Program-made: the position numbers and the translations under genes | Notes under the pieces: generated by a model | The model's database searches: none | What the model was told of the DNA's origin: nothing | What the model saw: only the letters and a program-made list of their open reading frames with translations | Shown: one piece after another, positions 39,000 to 53,717 of the stretch | Position numbering within the stretch: the stretch's first letter is position 1 | How the letters are laid out: every line of letters starts with the position of its first letter | Source: Lama glama | Lineage: Eukaryota | DNA: 64,000 nucleotides | Direction: 5' to 3' | Assembly: GCA_028534125.1 (NCBI GenBank) | Contig: CM052816.1 | Coordinates: forward strand, 51,524,001-51,588,000

Positions 39000-40330
39000 A
39001 GGAAATAAGTAGTAGGAGAGATAAACAATTTAGCATTATAACTGAGGTATGTACTGGTTATAATAGCAATACAGGAGGAATACTCATGTCAGTTTGGGAG
39101 AGTTAGGAAAGGCTGCATAGGGAAAGTGAATCTAAGCTGATTTGAAAGTTGAATGAGGAATAGTTAGAATGAAATCCCAAAAGGAATTCTCTTGCATTCA
39201 AGGAATGACAGGTCTCTTGGACCAGTTGAATTGTAGATGCAGTACTATAAAGTGATGGAAGATAAGGCTAGAGACAAAAGCAGGGGCCAGATTATGAAGT
39301 CCAGGATTTTGGACTAAAACTCAAAAGATTTTAAACAAGGTACATGACCTGATTGGATTTGTGCTTCTAGACGCTTGGCATCAACATAGAGATGGATTGA
39401 AGAGAGTTGAGAACAGAGACAGAGTCTAGTTTACAGGGAAGTTGTGATTGTTCAGTTGAAAGGTGATTAGATGTTGGATCCCAGATAGTGAACAATGAGT
39501 GGAATAAGTTGGAGGTGAATGAGGAAGTGTCTAGGTTTTAGATTTGGATGGTGGGATGAGCAGTGATGCCATCAGTTGAGTGAGGGAGTATAGACAGAGC
39601 AACAGGCTTTGCAGAAAAGACCATGATTTAGCTTGGACAGATTAAATTTTGAGATGCCAGTGGCACATTCAGATAGAGATGCTCCATACAGAGTCAAAGA
39701 TCTGGGCTTGTAAATCTGAGATAGGTCCATAATGATTCAGGAATTATCAGCATAGGCTGTACTCTGGATGAAGAGTGCTCATGGGTGAAACTGCCAGTGT
39801 AACAAGCAAGAGCAGGGCCTGGGTTGGAACCCTGGGAAAAGTCAACATTTAAGTGTAGTTGGATAAAGAGGAGCCTCAAAGGAAAATAACTGGAGAGGAA
39901 GAAGGGTAATCAGGAAAGAATAATGTTTGGGAACCAGGAAAGGCATTCAAAGGAAAGATTAAATTCTGCAGCAGGTGTAAGTAAAAAAAAAAAAAGAAAA
40001 AGAAAAAAAATTTTTCCTGAATTGAGAAGTAGGGTGAACTTTGGATATCTCGGGGAAAACAGTTTCATTGAAGTAATGAAAGTTAAATTTAAAAGGCTGC
40101 TGTATTTCATTTTTTCAGCTCCAAGGTTACGGAGAGTAGTTGAAGTCTGAGGTGATGTGTAGTACTTTCAGGATTAACAACAGAACAGGACTGAACATTT
40201 TTATTTTTAAAATAGGATAGATTTGAGTATGTTACATAGATTGAGGTGAAAGAGTGGGAAAGGTTGAAGATGTTTGAAAGAGCAGTACGCATGCACAAAA
40301 ATGTGGGATATGATATGGGAGAGATGAGAA
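39000..40330. mobile_element. Long decayed L2 LINE segment
   Basis: aggggccagattatgaag, aagattttaaacaagg...atgacctgattggatttgtg, gagatgccagtggcacattcagatagagatg, gaaaacagtttcattgaagtaatg. Confidence 0.7.
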
Positions 40331-42039
40331 GCAAATGCCTTGGAGAGGAGGAGGGGAATTTCTCCCTGTAGTATGGGATAGAGGAAAGTATATGATATGA
40401 CTTTCTGAAAGTGTTTTTTCTTGTTTTTCATATGATTTCCCTTATCACTTCTTTTCTTCATTCCAGTTTGCAACCATGCCCGGTACTATATTATTTCCCT
40501 TGCCTCTCTCCTTTGTTCATTACATTTACCTTGGTCAAATCCCTCTTGAAAATGTATTTACTGTTTGTAGGCTTTAATAAAAGACCCCAGTTCTTTCATA
40601 AGCTTCAGAAATACAAAATGCCTAGAAATTTCTTTCCTCTGAAATTAATGTCCTTTTCAACTTGCATAATTTTAAAACACACACTTTTTGAAACTTTATT
40701 TAAAGTTTTAAGGGCAGGAACTATGTCTCATTTTTATTTAATCTTATGTATAAAACACCTTCTGAAATAACTTTGGGCCCATGTATTTATATTCTATAAT
40801 TAAAAATACATAGCATTGCAGAGAAAAACTAATAACTGAGATTACCATTAAGAATCCAGTTTCTTTCACTTGGCAGTGGAAAGTCAAATCTTGCAGCATG
40901 CTAGCACTCTAATGATTTTAGAATTTAATGGATGTCATCAGATATAGCTAAGAATAACCAAATATCCATGTGAAAACAATAGCATTGGAATTAGTCAACA
41001 AGCTCACTAGAATGGTGCAATATTTACCATTGGCAAGACTGGTTCTTATGCATCTTGTATGTTTTGCCTGTAATGGGCACTGTATAGCTAATTATTTATT
41101 TGAATTAAGTTAAACAGCAATATAAGACAGTATAGGCAACAGCTAGGATAGAAGGAGAAGTATAATGACAGTGAGAAGGGAATAAAAAGTGTCAGCCAGA
41201 GAGAAAGCAAAGAGCAGAGGTGGTCAGGCTATGTGGAAAAAGCAAAATGTGTCTGGGAGAGTAGGAAAGGAACGTGGAATACAGAGAAAGATGGTGGGGA
41301 GAAGACATTGGGAAAAAAATGGAGTCTTCCACTAAATGCAAAAGATTATCAAGGAAATTGAGGCAAATTTTACTTCACTATTAAGAAAACATTTTCTTCT
41401 GGCCATAATAACTATATGAGGCTTCTCTAGAATGTTTTTAATACCTTTATACTTCTTTTAAAAGTACTTTTGTGTAAACCATCTCTTTGAATCTGCACAG
41501 AAGCCTGTAAAATACATAGCAGATATTTCCTTTCTTTTTACATAAAAAAACTAAGGAACAAAACTATTTGCTCAAGGTCAAACTCAGAATTAGAATTAGT
41601 TTTCTGAATTTTAACCAGTGCTCGTCTCAATAACATGTTATTTCTGAAACACAGGATGGAATTTAGTGGTCCACTATTAATCAGACATTAACGACAGTTC
41701 TGTTTTGAGCATCATGGGTGGCTAATTCCAAACAGCAGGTATAAATGGGACTCAGAAAAGTCGTCTCTTATGAGTCCAGTCTATCTTGAGGCATCCGTGG
41801 CTCACTGGCAGCTTTGTGTAGGGTGAGGAGCTGGTTGCCACAGGATACTCAGGAAATGAGTTGGAGTACAAGGGCCAAAGATAGGATGAGAAAGTGCTTG
41901 CTGTCTTATGCAGGACAAGTATCAATCTACCACACTCTTGTAACAGCTGATGGTGCTCAGATTGCCAGAGCAGTACAAACCTGCCTGTAATCAGCATAAA
42001 GCATCTTGAAATAAGAATTTTTAATGCCATACTCATATT

Positions 42040-42240
42040 AGAGGCAAAATATTGTAAGATACAAAGTTCAAGCCCACCCCTGCCACTAACTCTGTGACCC
42101 TTAGGCAAATTATTTAACCTCTCTAAGTCTCAGTTCCTTCATCTATCAAATGGGAGTAATAATAGGAGGATTAAGTGCTGAATAGATTATGTTTAGTATA
42201 TGATGCTTCAATTTGGCACATACTTATTACATGTAAGCTA
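42040..42240. mobile_element. MIR SINE
   Basis: ctgccactaactctgtgacccttaggcaaattatttaacctctctaagtctcagttccttcatctatcaaatggga. Confidence 0.85.
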
Positions 42241-43121
42241 TTTTGATGATACTTTAAAATATGAATTTGTTACTCATGCAGGATTGCATGAGAATTTTAT
42301 GATAGTGGGACAAAATAAGTTCTAAGGTGATGAGCAGGTACATGCACATTTCATGTAAAACCCTTCTTAGTCTCACGAATGGATGGTTTTCTTCGATATG
42401 GATTATGAGTAACTAACATTCAATGATAATATATTTTTGGGCCAGTCAACGAGAAATAACTTCCTTAGTTATTAAGGCTTAAACTTGGAATAATGTGGCT
42501 TGTTCCTCAGAAGAAAATATTTACCCAAGGGTTTTTTCTTTTGGTTTCTTCTTATTTGAATTTTTATTTTCAGATAGTCCTAGATCTGGCCAGTGGCATG
42601 AAAGCTATATAATTATATTAGCATCTCATCTTCTGGGATACATCTGGCATGTTTGCCTACCTTTGTAGACTTCTCCGACAACCATTGTGCTTTCTCTGTT
42701 ACCTAGCGACATTGACATTTAGCTAAGTCACTTTGACTCACATCCTCAGGATAGAAGGAAAAACTATTTGAATGGGATCCTCAACCTGGAAATTCTGTTT
42801 TCTTTTGTTTTGTTTTTTAATTTATGTGGGGCATTGCTAATAATAATAAATGATACAAGAACAAAGATTTTAATACTTTCCAAGTTTTGCTTCTCTGTGT
42901 TTAGTCTCTATCTTCTTCATTTGTAAACTACAGATTTTTCACTTGTTTCTGTTTAGGAATAAACAGACTGTATATATCTAAAGCATTATTCACAATGATT
43001 AATCTACCACATTTCAAGGATAGATAACATTTTTGTTTCATGCTTAATAGATGTAGGGATTAGAGAATTTGAAAAGCTCCTGAGCCTTTAGCATGTTAGG
43101 TTGTAGAGAGAGGAAGTCTAT

Positions 43122-44395
43122 CTATTGATTACTGTAGCTTTATAATATAATTTGAAATTGGGAAATGTGATGTGTCCAGCTTTGTTCTTCTTTCTGAAAT
43201 TTGCTTCAAGTATTCAGGGTCTTTTGTGGTTCCATACAAATTTTAGAGTTATTTTTCCTGTGAAAAAATGTGATTGGAATTTTGATATGGATTGAATTGA
43301 ATCTGTAGATTGCTTTGGGTAGTGTAGACATTTTAACAATATTAATTCTTCCAGTTCATGGCATAGATTATCTGTTTGTTTATGTCTTCTTCTAGTTCTT
43401 TCATTAATGTCTTCTATTTTTCAGTATATAGATCTTTCATCTCCATGGCTAAATTTATTCCTAGGCATTTTTTTCTTTTTGATTGAATTGTAAATGAGAT
43501 CGTATCTTAAATTTTTCTTCCTGATAGTTCATTGTTAGTGTGGATTCACAAAAAAAAAAAATCACAACAGATTTTCATATGAATATTTTTTAATCCTGTA
43601 ACTTTACTGAATTCACTTATTAGTTCTAACAGTTTTTTGGTGGGATCTTCAGTAATTTGAATCTTGTCTTTTTTCTTAGTTCATTAGTTAAAGGTTTGTC
43701 AAGTTTGTTGATCCTTCCAAAGAATTAACTCTTGTTGCATTATTTTTCTCTATTGTTTTTTATTCTCTATTTCATTGATCTCTGGTCTAATCTTATTATT
43801 TGTTCTGCCATCTTTGGGTTTAACTTTTTTCTTTTCTAGTTCCTTAAGTATTAAAGTTAGGTTTTTTTGATTTGAGATCTTGTTTTTTAGGGTAGGTGTT
43901 TATAGCTTTACAATTCCCTCAGCATTCCTTTTTTGCTGTGTCCCATAAGTTTTGGTGTGTTGTGTTTTGGTTTCATCTGTAAGTTTTTTCTAATTTTCCT
44001 TACAATTTCTTCTTTAAGCCACTGGGAGTGTATTGTTTAATTTGCACAAATGTGTGAATTTTTCAGTTTTCCTTCTGTTACTGATTTCTAACTTCATTCC
44101 ATTGTGGTCAGAGGATATACTATGTATGATATCTTATCTTTTTAAGTCTATTGAGACTTAATTTGTGCCTTAACATATGGTCTATCCTGGAACATGTCCC
44201 AAGTTCACTTGAGAAAAATGCATATACATTTTGTTGGGTAGAGTGTTCTGTATACATCTGTTAGATCTAGTTGGTTTATTGTGCTGTTTAAGTCCTCTGT
44301 CTCCTTGCTTGTGCTCTGTCTAGTATTTCTATCCATTATTGACAATAGAGTATTGATGTCTCTTAACTGTAATTGTAGAAATGTGTATTTCTCCC
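43122..44395 (-). mobile_element. L1 ORF2 fragment with apparent internal deletion near 43650
   Basis: gggtcttttgtggttccatacaaattttag, gaatctgtagattgctttgggtag, then an endonuclease-region-like stretch (ccattgtggtcagag, tggtctatcctggaacatgtccc...cttgagaa). Confidence 0.85.
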
Positions 44396-46422
44396 GTGGG
44401 GAAGTGTCTTAAAAGGATATATTTCTTTACCTTTATTCAAGGAAATCATGTATAGGTAATGTAGGATTCTTAGAAATACTGTATATAAAGTTATCCTACT
44501 TAAGTAATTTATTTTATTCCTTAATCTTGCTCTTGGAAAACTTTGACCTCCTATTAAGTCCATAAAGACAAACTTAAAAATAGAAGTAGAACAACATTAT
44601 TATTCTAAGATAAATATTTAATTTAATTGTATATGTGTAAATAATCATTTATAATATTTTAAAATAAATTTTAGGTCATATACCAATAAAGTTATTATTT
44701 TCCTTCAGTTCATTTTGTAAGACAACCTTTTAAAGGTAATACTGGAATAATTTTTGAGAAAGGTGATGGTATTTGCTAGAAAATTAGGGAATAAAAAGTG
44801 ATATTAAGGTATTTGTCATAATATTGCATATAATATTCTATAATTAAATAAAATACAATTTAAAGACTACCAATATAAAGTTTTGGTTTTAAGGGCCTTG
44901 AAATTCCTTAAGAACATAGAAAGAAGAATAACTGTGATATACTGTAATTGATAACACACCTGATCCAGGTGAAAAACTTTAGCTATATCCTTATATGTGT
45001 ATAATTCTTACACTTTTTGTCCCAAAAGAGACAGGGAGGCCAAGTACAACTTTTAACTGCTTGCATTCTCCTAATGGAATTGAAATTTATTTAAATTATT
45101 TTGGTCTTTATTGTATTCTTTGTATTTCTTATTTATTGTAGAAATAGATGCTAGTAGTCAATCTTTTTTTTTTTTTTAACCTCTAAGGGTAATCTTATTT
45201 TACTGAATTAATTGTGTTATAAGGCTTACAGAATGGTTTCTCCTTGCTGAAGAGAGACAGATCCAGGCTCAAATGAGATTTCAAAGGTCAAAACAAAAAG
45301 ATTAGTTCAGTTTACCAGGTTTTATTGTATCATTGTTAACTGTGCCCTCCGCCCAATGACCTGCCTTAAAACAATGTGTATGCATTTCAAGCTTTTATGC
45401 AAGCTCATTATTACTTATATGATATTACTAATAACAATATTGATAATATGCTTACTATAAGATACTGTGCTTATTGTATATAATTTAATTTTCTCAACAG
45501 CCCTATTTTATGAGGAGGAAATTGTGTCTCCTATCTGTATAAATAACTTGAGCTAGTAAACAGCAGGACTGGCTTCTGTCTCAGATACATCCTATTCCAG
45601 AACTTGTGTTTAGCCTAGTTTGCACTTTATATAGAGTGGGAAGTGTGTAATAAAAAGGGCTTGTTGATCAGTAAAATTGCCTTTGTTTATCATCTGTACT
45701 TTCAGACATTTCCTTTCCTGATTTTTTAATCTCTTGCTCTTGTTCATTGTTAATTTTATAAATGGGTGGGTGACCAGGGCTGTATGTTGTGTAAGAAGTA
45801 TAATTATTTTTTCCCAACCAGTCCCATCTTGCTTTTTCCCATTGTTCTTGAACAGGAGGAAACAAAAGAAAATTAGTGTGAATATTTTAATTTTCAAAAT
45901 TACTAACCTATTTTGGTAATTGCAAGGGAAAACAAGAGAATATTTCAAGATAATATATGTTTCACAGGTGCAGTTTAATGGTTAGGGTATTGGCCTAGGG
46001 ATTGGACAACAAAATTATCTTGAAAAAATTAATTCCACTTTTAAGTATAAACAGTTACTTTATTCTTTAATGATTAAATTAGGATTTTAAAAAACTTTTT
46101 ATTATGGGAAAATTGTGAAAAGTATTGTAATTATTTCAGTCATGTGCTTAAATCATGTAAATAGACAATTAAAGACAGTTTTAATTTTTTTAAATTATAT
46201 TTTCATTTTAGAAAAATCTTATTAGCATTTCTGAACAGTGGCTAGGTTATATTTTATTATTGCATGAAGAACCTTGCCTGAATTTAAATCTTTTGAAGAA
46301 ATATTTGTCCTGAAGAAAAAACATTTTGTGTAAAGATTATTATTTGTCTTCTATTTTTAGAACTGTAATCTCTCATTTGACATTATGTGATTTTCTTAAT
46401 GTTACCATAATTACTTTTTTAG

Positions 46423-46507
46423 TGTATTTTGGGATCTCTACTGTGCAGCTCCAGAAAGACGGGAAACATGTGAACATTCAAGTGAAGCAAAAGCCTTCCA
46501 TGATTAT
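46423..46507 (+). CDS. SSBP2: SSBP2 coding exon (probably exon 4), end of LUFS domain; 85 nt
   Basis: ttacttttttAG acceptor and GTaagt donor. The first T completes Cys, then [37 protein letters not shown] matches SSBP2 as I recall it (SSBP3 RRDTC, SSBP4 RREAC). Confidence 0.95.
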
Positions 46508-49500
46508 GTAAGTTACTATCGAATTTTACTGTTGTATTGTCAGTTTTCTTTTTAACCTTTGTTCTTGAAAAATGCATTGGACCATCCATTTTTTTCCTTT
46601 GGTAATTAAGAAATTACTTTTTCTTTTTTTCTTGGAAAAAAGTGAAACACAAGTGGGCATTTGAATCTTGCTGATAAAGCGTAGGATAAAAGAGTAATTC
46701 TAACGCTAAGCTATTAAAGGGCTTTCTTTAAGCATGCCTGATTCGTGAAATTTCAGATTTATAAGAATTAAATAGCAGTTATTTATTCCACAAAAAGACA
46801 CTTCACAAGAATTCTATAAATTATAAGCTCTTTTTCTGCATATGATTTTTAAATACACAGAAATACTGTATTATTCTCTTTTCGTAACTTATAGTTACAT
46901 ATCATAAGGCTAAATATCCCCGTCATTGAATTCAGTTTCATAAGTAAATTTATTGTGAATTAAAGGAAATACAAGATAAGAGAGCAAAGGTTCTTTGCAA
47001 AACTGAAAATGTGAAAATTTTTTTGATTCTTAAGGAAGGGTGGTGGACTATCTTTGGTTAGGTGATTTATATTATTTCTTTAGAACTGCAAATGTGATTT
47101 TAGAGAGTTGATGGTATCAGGACGTCGAATTGTTAAAAAAACAAAAAAGAGGGTGTAGATTTTCTTTAGGGAAAACTGGCATTTAAGAATGGGGAGATGG
47201 TTTTTTGAAGGGGCTGGGGAGACACTGCAATTGCAGAACTGACCATGAAAGACATACAGATTGAGTTTTGGATGGAGGAAAACCAGTTTCCTTGGTTTGG
47301 AGCAAGTGGAATTGGGCCTGGAGCCTGAATAAATATCTAATAGTAAGTACCTAAAACTTTACATGTTTAGTTGGTAAAAGGAAGGCATCGTTCTGTGTAA
47401 ATAGTCTTTAAAACTAGAACCAGGGCTCGAAAGGGAAAAACAACTTGTTCTTCCAAAGGAAATACTTTAGCCTTAGACTGAAGAGTGGAAATAGAAGAAT
47501 TATAACCCCAAAAGTGTAGCATAAGGAAGAGTATGCAGACTTAAGAGAAGTGAAAATCTTGGGCACCTGGCAAGGACTGTGTAATACTTTAAATGTGTAC
47601 TGAACTGATTAAAGTGAGGCTGCTTGTGATTATTTCATTGGATATTGATTGTGCTCATAAAGCTTGCCATGTACCAAACAATAGCTCTTGGGGACAAGGT
47701 GAGTGAAAGGAATGCTACTGCATATAAAGAAAAAGTACAGAAAAGGCAGATAAGGCAGGGCCCGGGACACAGTGTTTATGGTGAACAATCTGTTTCCTTT
47801 TGCACCCTTGGGTGATGGCAGTAAAGCCCAGAGAATGTAAGGATTCTGGCTAGAGTGGGTTACCCCATCTCATCTATCTCTTACATCAAGGAAGATATGC
47901 CTAGATTTGGCCTGCCAGTCATGGGAAAAGTTTTTAAAATAACCACTAATTTTGAAAACTAGATGACTTTAGATAGTATCAGTATTCTGCTCTAAAGGAT
48001 ATGTAATGTCTGTGGAGCTACATCTTAAGAAATAAATTATATAAGTACTTTTCCAAAATTTCGTTGTATAGAAAGGTGCAGCCTACTGTTCCCCATGGAG
48101 ATCTTATAGGGAACACTGTGCTAATTTAGTGTCTCCTCCTTAAAAGTGTTATGTGAAATGTCATCATTGTCATCATGGCCACCACCATCATCATAATCTT
48201 TCTGCATTCATAAGGCACTTTCAATATTTCAGAGAATACTAACACTTACTAGCTTTAGAAACCCACTTAAATATTTCAGGGTTTTTGAAAATAAGCATTG
48301 GTAGGAGGTAGGAGTGAAATTAGAGTAGATTTTATAGGAAGAGTAACCCCTTACCTTTATAATTTAAAAAAATTCAGTATTTGAATTTTATAACTTGTTA
48401 TGAATTAGCTCTTGTTTTATCAGATGTTTCATAATTTTATCTTAAATACTAGCTTTAAGAGATTTGATTTCTTAGATGGCATTTTTATTATACTTTAAGG
48501 CAACTTACCTATAATGGTAATACATCTCCAAAATAATTTTTTAAGGGAGGTTGCTGAAAAGATAAAGTTTGATTTACATACTTTTATACTGCAGTTGAAT
48601 TTTTAGAAATATGTTTGTTTTCTGTAGCACACTTTTATGATAATTTTATTGGGTAGGATTTCCTGAATTCTTAATAGTAAATAATTTCTGAAAATGATCA
48701 CCATAATTCATGTTTAATGTGTAGATATAGGAGTTTGAAAGACTCAGAGAAGAAAATGGGAAACAGGAACAAACAATAAGATTTTGGTAAAATTCTGTCA
48801 TGTTATATTGTTATGTGAGAGTCCCTTGGGAACCATTTTCTAAAATAGTGATTAATGTATATACCTTCTGAATTTCAAGGTAGTTCTCAAGGAAGCATTA
48901 TGAAAAATATTTTCTTTATTAGCTGCCTCTTTAGAGTAAAATACTTGCATGTATAAATTCTGATAAATTCTGTCTTGTTATTTTATAGTCTCCACTTATC
49001 TATGAGATTGAATAATGAAAGATAAACTACTTTTTTTTAAAGAAATAGGAGAGGTATAATGAGGTAAATGATAAATAACCCTTTTAATTAAAAAATAGGC
49101 TTTAATGTTAAAAGTGATTCTCTTTTGGGGATTATGCATGATTTTTATTTTTATCTGTATATTTTTCTGTATTTTCCAAATAGCTATAGTTAATTTTATA
49201 TTCAGGAAAGTTACTTTAAGGTAGACTAAATTTCACCTTACAGTGAGTTCTAAACTTTCTTCTAAAATTAGAAAACAAGAACTTAATAAAATAAAATTTA
49301 AATTTGAGGATGTCATATATTTTCATACCACTGTGTTATATTCATAGGCATATTTAGCATTTCTCATGAAAGACTTTTTTTTGGGTAAATGCACATATTA
49401 AAAGAGAGATATATAAACTGAATAGATGTAATTTTGAGACATTTTATAACTTTCAATAACTTTTTGGTGATAATTATCCCAGGAATATTTTTGGCTTTTG

Positions 49501-49739
49501 GTTTTTAATATTTTTTGGCTTATTTTCTAACCATTGTTTCTTTAGAATATGGATTTTTGTCATTGTATTATTTTACTTACCATGTAATTATAGATGCAGT
49601 GTTAATATCCTTTTCCTCGAAAAATCACCCTGTTCGTACTTACTGTGAAAATAAAAAGTCATATGAGTAAAACTTTGATCTTGTATTTATATTTTAAAAT
49701 AATTAACTATTTAGCATCTTTGTGCGGTAACAAATGTAA

Positions 49740-50060
49740 AATAGCAATACATTAGGAAATCAGCAGTTACTAGTGTGTAGGGGATGCACTTTTGGATGGC
49801 AAAGCTATAAAAAATAGAGAAATGATTACTGTACAACTCAGGATAATGGTTCCTTATGAGAAGGTAGGAAGAGGTTAGGATTGGGATGGGGCGTATGGCT
49901 TGGGCTTCTGAGATGGTTGGCAAACTTCTACTTTTCCTGACCATGGTGGTGGTTCCTTTATAGTAACCGTATGTTTGCTTTATAAAATTTCATAATGCCA
50001 CAAATTTATTTTGTATGGCTTTCTATATTTGTTTTGGTTTTTATTTTAAAATAACAAGAT
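49740..50060 (+). mobile_element. L1ME-type 3' end, sense orientation
   Basis: caaagctataaaaaatag...caggataatggttcc...gggcttctgagatggttggcaaacttctacttttcctgacc. Confidence 0.55.
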
Positions 50061-52116
50061 TTTTAAATGCAGTTAAGGTAATTAACTTTAGAAAAAGAAT
50101 ATGCAAAGTCATTTCTAAAGTGTTTCCTGGCATTGCTGTGATTCATCCTTGAGCACGGACAGCAGAAAATCTAGAGATGGTCTCCAAACAAATGTTTGTT
50201 TGTTTCTTTTCTGCTATGACGGATTCTATGAAGTATATCTACCTGTTGATTTTCTAGAGGGGAGTAGAGAATAAGGTCAGAAATATTGGAGGCAGTTTAA
50301 GAATTAGAAATTTATTTTATAAGAGAAGAAAGAGATTTTACTATACGACAATTATTTTGTCACATGACTGGGCGATATCTAGCTTTGCCCTATTATTTTC
50401 ATCCTGAGTGAATACCAGGTTCATCTGAGCTGTAAAATTATTATTATTATATTATAGTATTACCGTTAAAAAGTAAACCATCATTTCAAGTGATTAGAAA
50501 TAATACCTACTAACCTGTAAACTTTATTGGGCTAGCTTCCCTTTTCTCCCCATTAGTGTGTTTATATTTTATTCTGAAATCACAGGCAATGCTTTTATGT
50601 GGCGCTAATTAATGTTTACTAGATTTTTTTCCCTGCTACAGCTTAACATAGTTGTTTTATTTAACAATTTCTTTCTGATTTCATTTATTTCCAAAATATT
50701 TAGCAAAAATATCAATATACACTACTAAACTTTTAATGAAAAACATATACAGTGATTATAATTTAAGTTTCTGGTGTGGATAGAAGATTCCTTAATTGTC
50801 CTAAAGAAAAGATAGAGCCCAAATACATTATTGCTTTAGTGTGATAATGAAATCATATTATTACAATGAGCTCTTTGAGAGCAGAGAAAATTAAACCCAT
50901 TTTTCCCCAGGGTCTGTCAAATAATAGGTGTTCAATAAATAGTAACAGAATGCAGTAGTCTGTTAGTTGGGAAATTGGAAATGTTTCAAATCATTCAGAT
51001 GTTTAGGTAAAGTGATAGGTTTGAGTAATAATTGTTGATAACATGTGGCTGGTTTTTGTATTCTTGCCTAAAACAGTGTTTGTGACATCTAGAAAGGATT
51101 ATGTTACAGGTTTGTAGTGAGGGGATACTTTTTAAAAAATGATATATAAACACATATATTATGTAAATAAAATAATAGGAGAAGGATGTTTTCCTTTATA
51201 TCTTAAGAGAATTTTTTTTTTTTACAGATAATTATATGTTACTTAGGAAAATACTTCTGTAGGAACTCCTGCAGAGTTAGGTGCATTCTTTACCATGATC
51301 CTGTAACATCCTCTGTCTATCTCCTTAATGTCCCTGTATATTAGATTTTTGTAATGGGATGTTTTCTCTAATAATTTGTTAGCTTCCTCAGGGAATAGAC
51401 TTTGTCTTATTTATCTTTTTCATTCTCAGTACCCAGCAGGGTGCCTGCCATGAGATGTTCAAATCACGTTTAGTGTTTATATACATGAATGATTAAATAA
51501 AATATTATCTAATAAGTGTTTATCATTTCTTATTCTAGTGTAAGTGAATATGTAGTTGCACGAAGGCCATTTGATGCTACTTTTATTCACTTTGTTTTTC
51601 AAGATAAATTTAGATAAGACAGCAACTTGTAAAGGCATAAGTGAATCAAAGCAGGTAGCAGAGGCTTTATATCTTGGGGGCATGGCACTAGGGAATGTAG
51701 TGGTGAATAAAATAGATTTGGCCCTATGCTCATGGGCTTATCTAGCAAAAGAAACCTTTTCTCAAGAAGTCTGAAACATCAAATAGTAAAATACATGTAA
51801 AAAACACAGTATAGTATTATACTATAATACTGTAGACCAGTCAAAATTTACAGATATATAAGAATATGGAGAGTAAGTACACATAACTTTTGATGGCATA
51901 TAGTAGGCATAATTAGTAAATATTCAAACAAATGAATAGTTTCTCATTGTACCATAATTCTCCTTAAAGTCCATGTAAACTAAAGCTTTTCATAGGCTAG
52001 GAACAAATAGTTATATTCAAAATCCATTTGGATGATAAAACTGTCATAGGTATATATTAATGTTTGCCAGTCAGTGCTGCCTAGGCTATTGTTCAGCTCA
52101 GCAGGTAGGGACAATA

Positions 52117-52268
52117 CAGTTGGCTCTCCGTATTTGCAGCTTCCACATCCGTGGATACAGAGGGCTAAGTGTACTATGCAATTCATTTGAAGAACTTGAG
52201 CATCTGTGGATTTTGGCATTGGCGAGGATCCTGGAACCAATCCCCCTGTGGCTACTTAGGGGCCACTG
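52117..52268. mobile_element. Tigger/TcMar-derived MITE (MER2-like)
   Basis: TA flanks (52115-16, 52269-70), CAGT...ACTG inverted termini, gacttgagcatctgtggattttgg...tcctggaaccaatcccc-like core. Confidence 0.85.
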
Positions 52269-53717
52269 TAATGAGATTCATTTTTCACCTTATTCTTACC
52301 TGCCATATTATTTCTACCTTTGGTTTAATTTCCTGTAAGATCTAGTTTCATTTCTTTTGCCACATATAAATGGTATAAACTGCCTTATGTTCTTTATAGC
52401 ATAAGGTAAGTTGTTTATTCTTTTTTTTTTGCAAGCTCTGTTGATTTGAAAAAGTACATTCATCACTTTACCCGTGAAGTGTGTGTCTCTATTCCCAGAC
52501 CATCCTTGGGCCTAGGATTTCTCCTGGGTAGCATCTAACTACTGCTAATAAGTATCAGCTATTTTCCCTATTACTTTTGGTCCTGTAGGGCAGTATGTTA
52601 TTTCAGTCATCCTAAGGGAAACGTGAATAAAGGGAGACAATCAAGGAAATTATAATGCATTGTATAAGAATTCTACTTCACTTAAAAATCTTTTACATTA
52701 ATTTGTTGCATTACATAGACATTTTGAAATTCATAAAGGAATAAATGAAGAAGCTAATATGGAAATGAGATAAACAGAATAGAGATAACTTTATAAGTAG
52801 TTCCATTGTGAAAAATATTTTTTTTCTAAGTTTATATTTTCAAGGAACTTCATCTTAAGCCCCTTTCCCCCCCATGAATGTGTTCATTTTTTATTAAAGT
52901 TTAATTTCTGGTGACTGTGGAAAGATGAAAATGGAAAGGCTTTAATTTACTATTTTTGATGTAGATGTTACACTGACTGTGATTTTGTTGCCAATAGCAT
53001 TATAAACAACAGAAATATGATGTTCTTTCAAAAATAGCATGCATTTCTAACTTTCTATTAGAGTTACGAAATTTATAAATTTATTTTGGAGATTTAAAAA
53101 AACTGACTGATATTGGGACAATGTAAGGTGTGTTTAAGAAATGGTAAGCAGAGCTATCTGACCAGAGTCGGAAAAATCAGACACAAGATCTGTGCTTAGC
53201 TAAAAGATGATAACATTTTAAAACTGTTAAGGAAACTATGAAATTATCCTTATCAGTGTTTTCATGATGAGTCCCCTGGAATTTTGAGGTGCAGTGGAAG
53301 GACCATCAATGGTACCTACGAGTGAGATGGGAGAGAACCCTACCAGAAGGCTCTTGGTCTCTTTCTGTTTTAACCAAAGCAGCTCAGTTTTCACCCTTTC
53401 CTAATTCCTTCTATTTTCTCTAATTAAACGGAATCTCCATTTAAAAAGTTGCCTATGTCATAAATGAATTGTCTTTTAATCTTCTTCATTGTTCTCCTTT
53501 ATCTTCAACTGGTCATCAAAACCAGTCAATTCAGTTGCCTAAACATTTCTTACACATCTTCTTCTCTCTAATTCCACTGAAAATACTTTAGTTCAGGTCT
53601 TCATCATGTTTCCAACAGCATAACAACAGCTATTTTTGCATCTGTCTCCCTTCTACCCCTGTAGGGTTCAAGAACTCCTTCTCAAGGGTTCTTGGTTCAA
53701 AACTCTTGAATAAGCAA

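Noticed and set aside
46326..46511. 61-aa ORF overlapping an exon
   Set aside because: Wrong frame relative to the SSBP2 exon.
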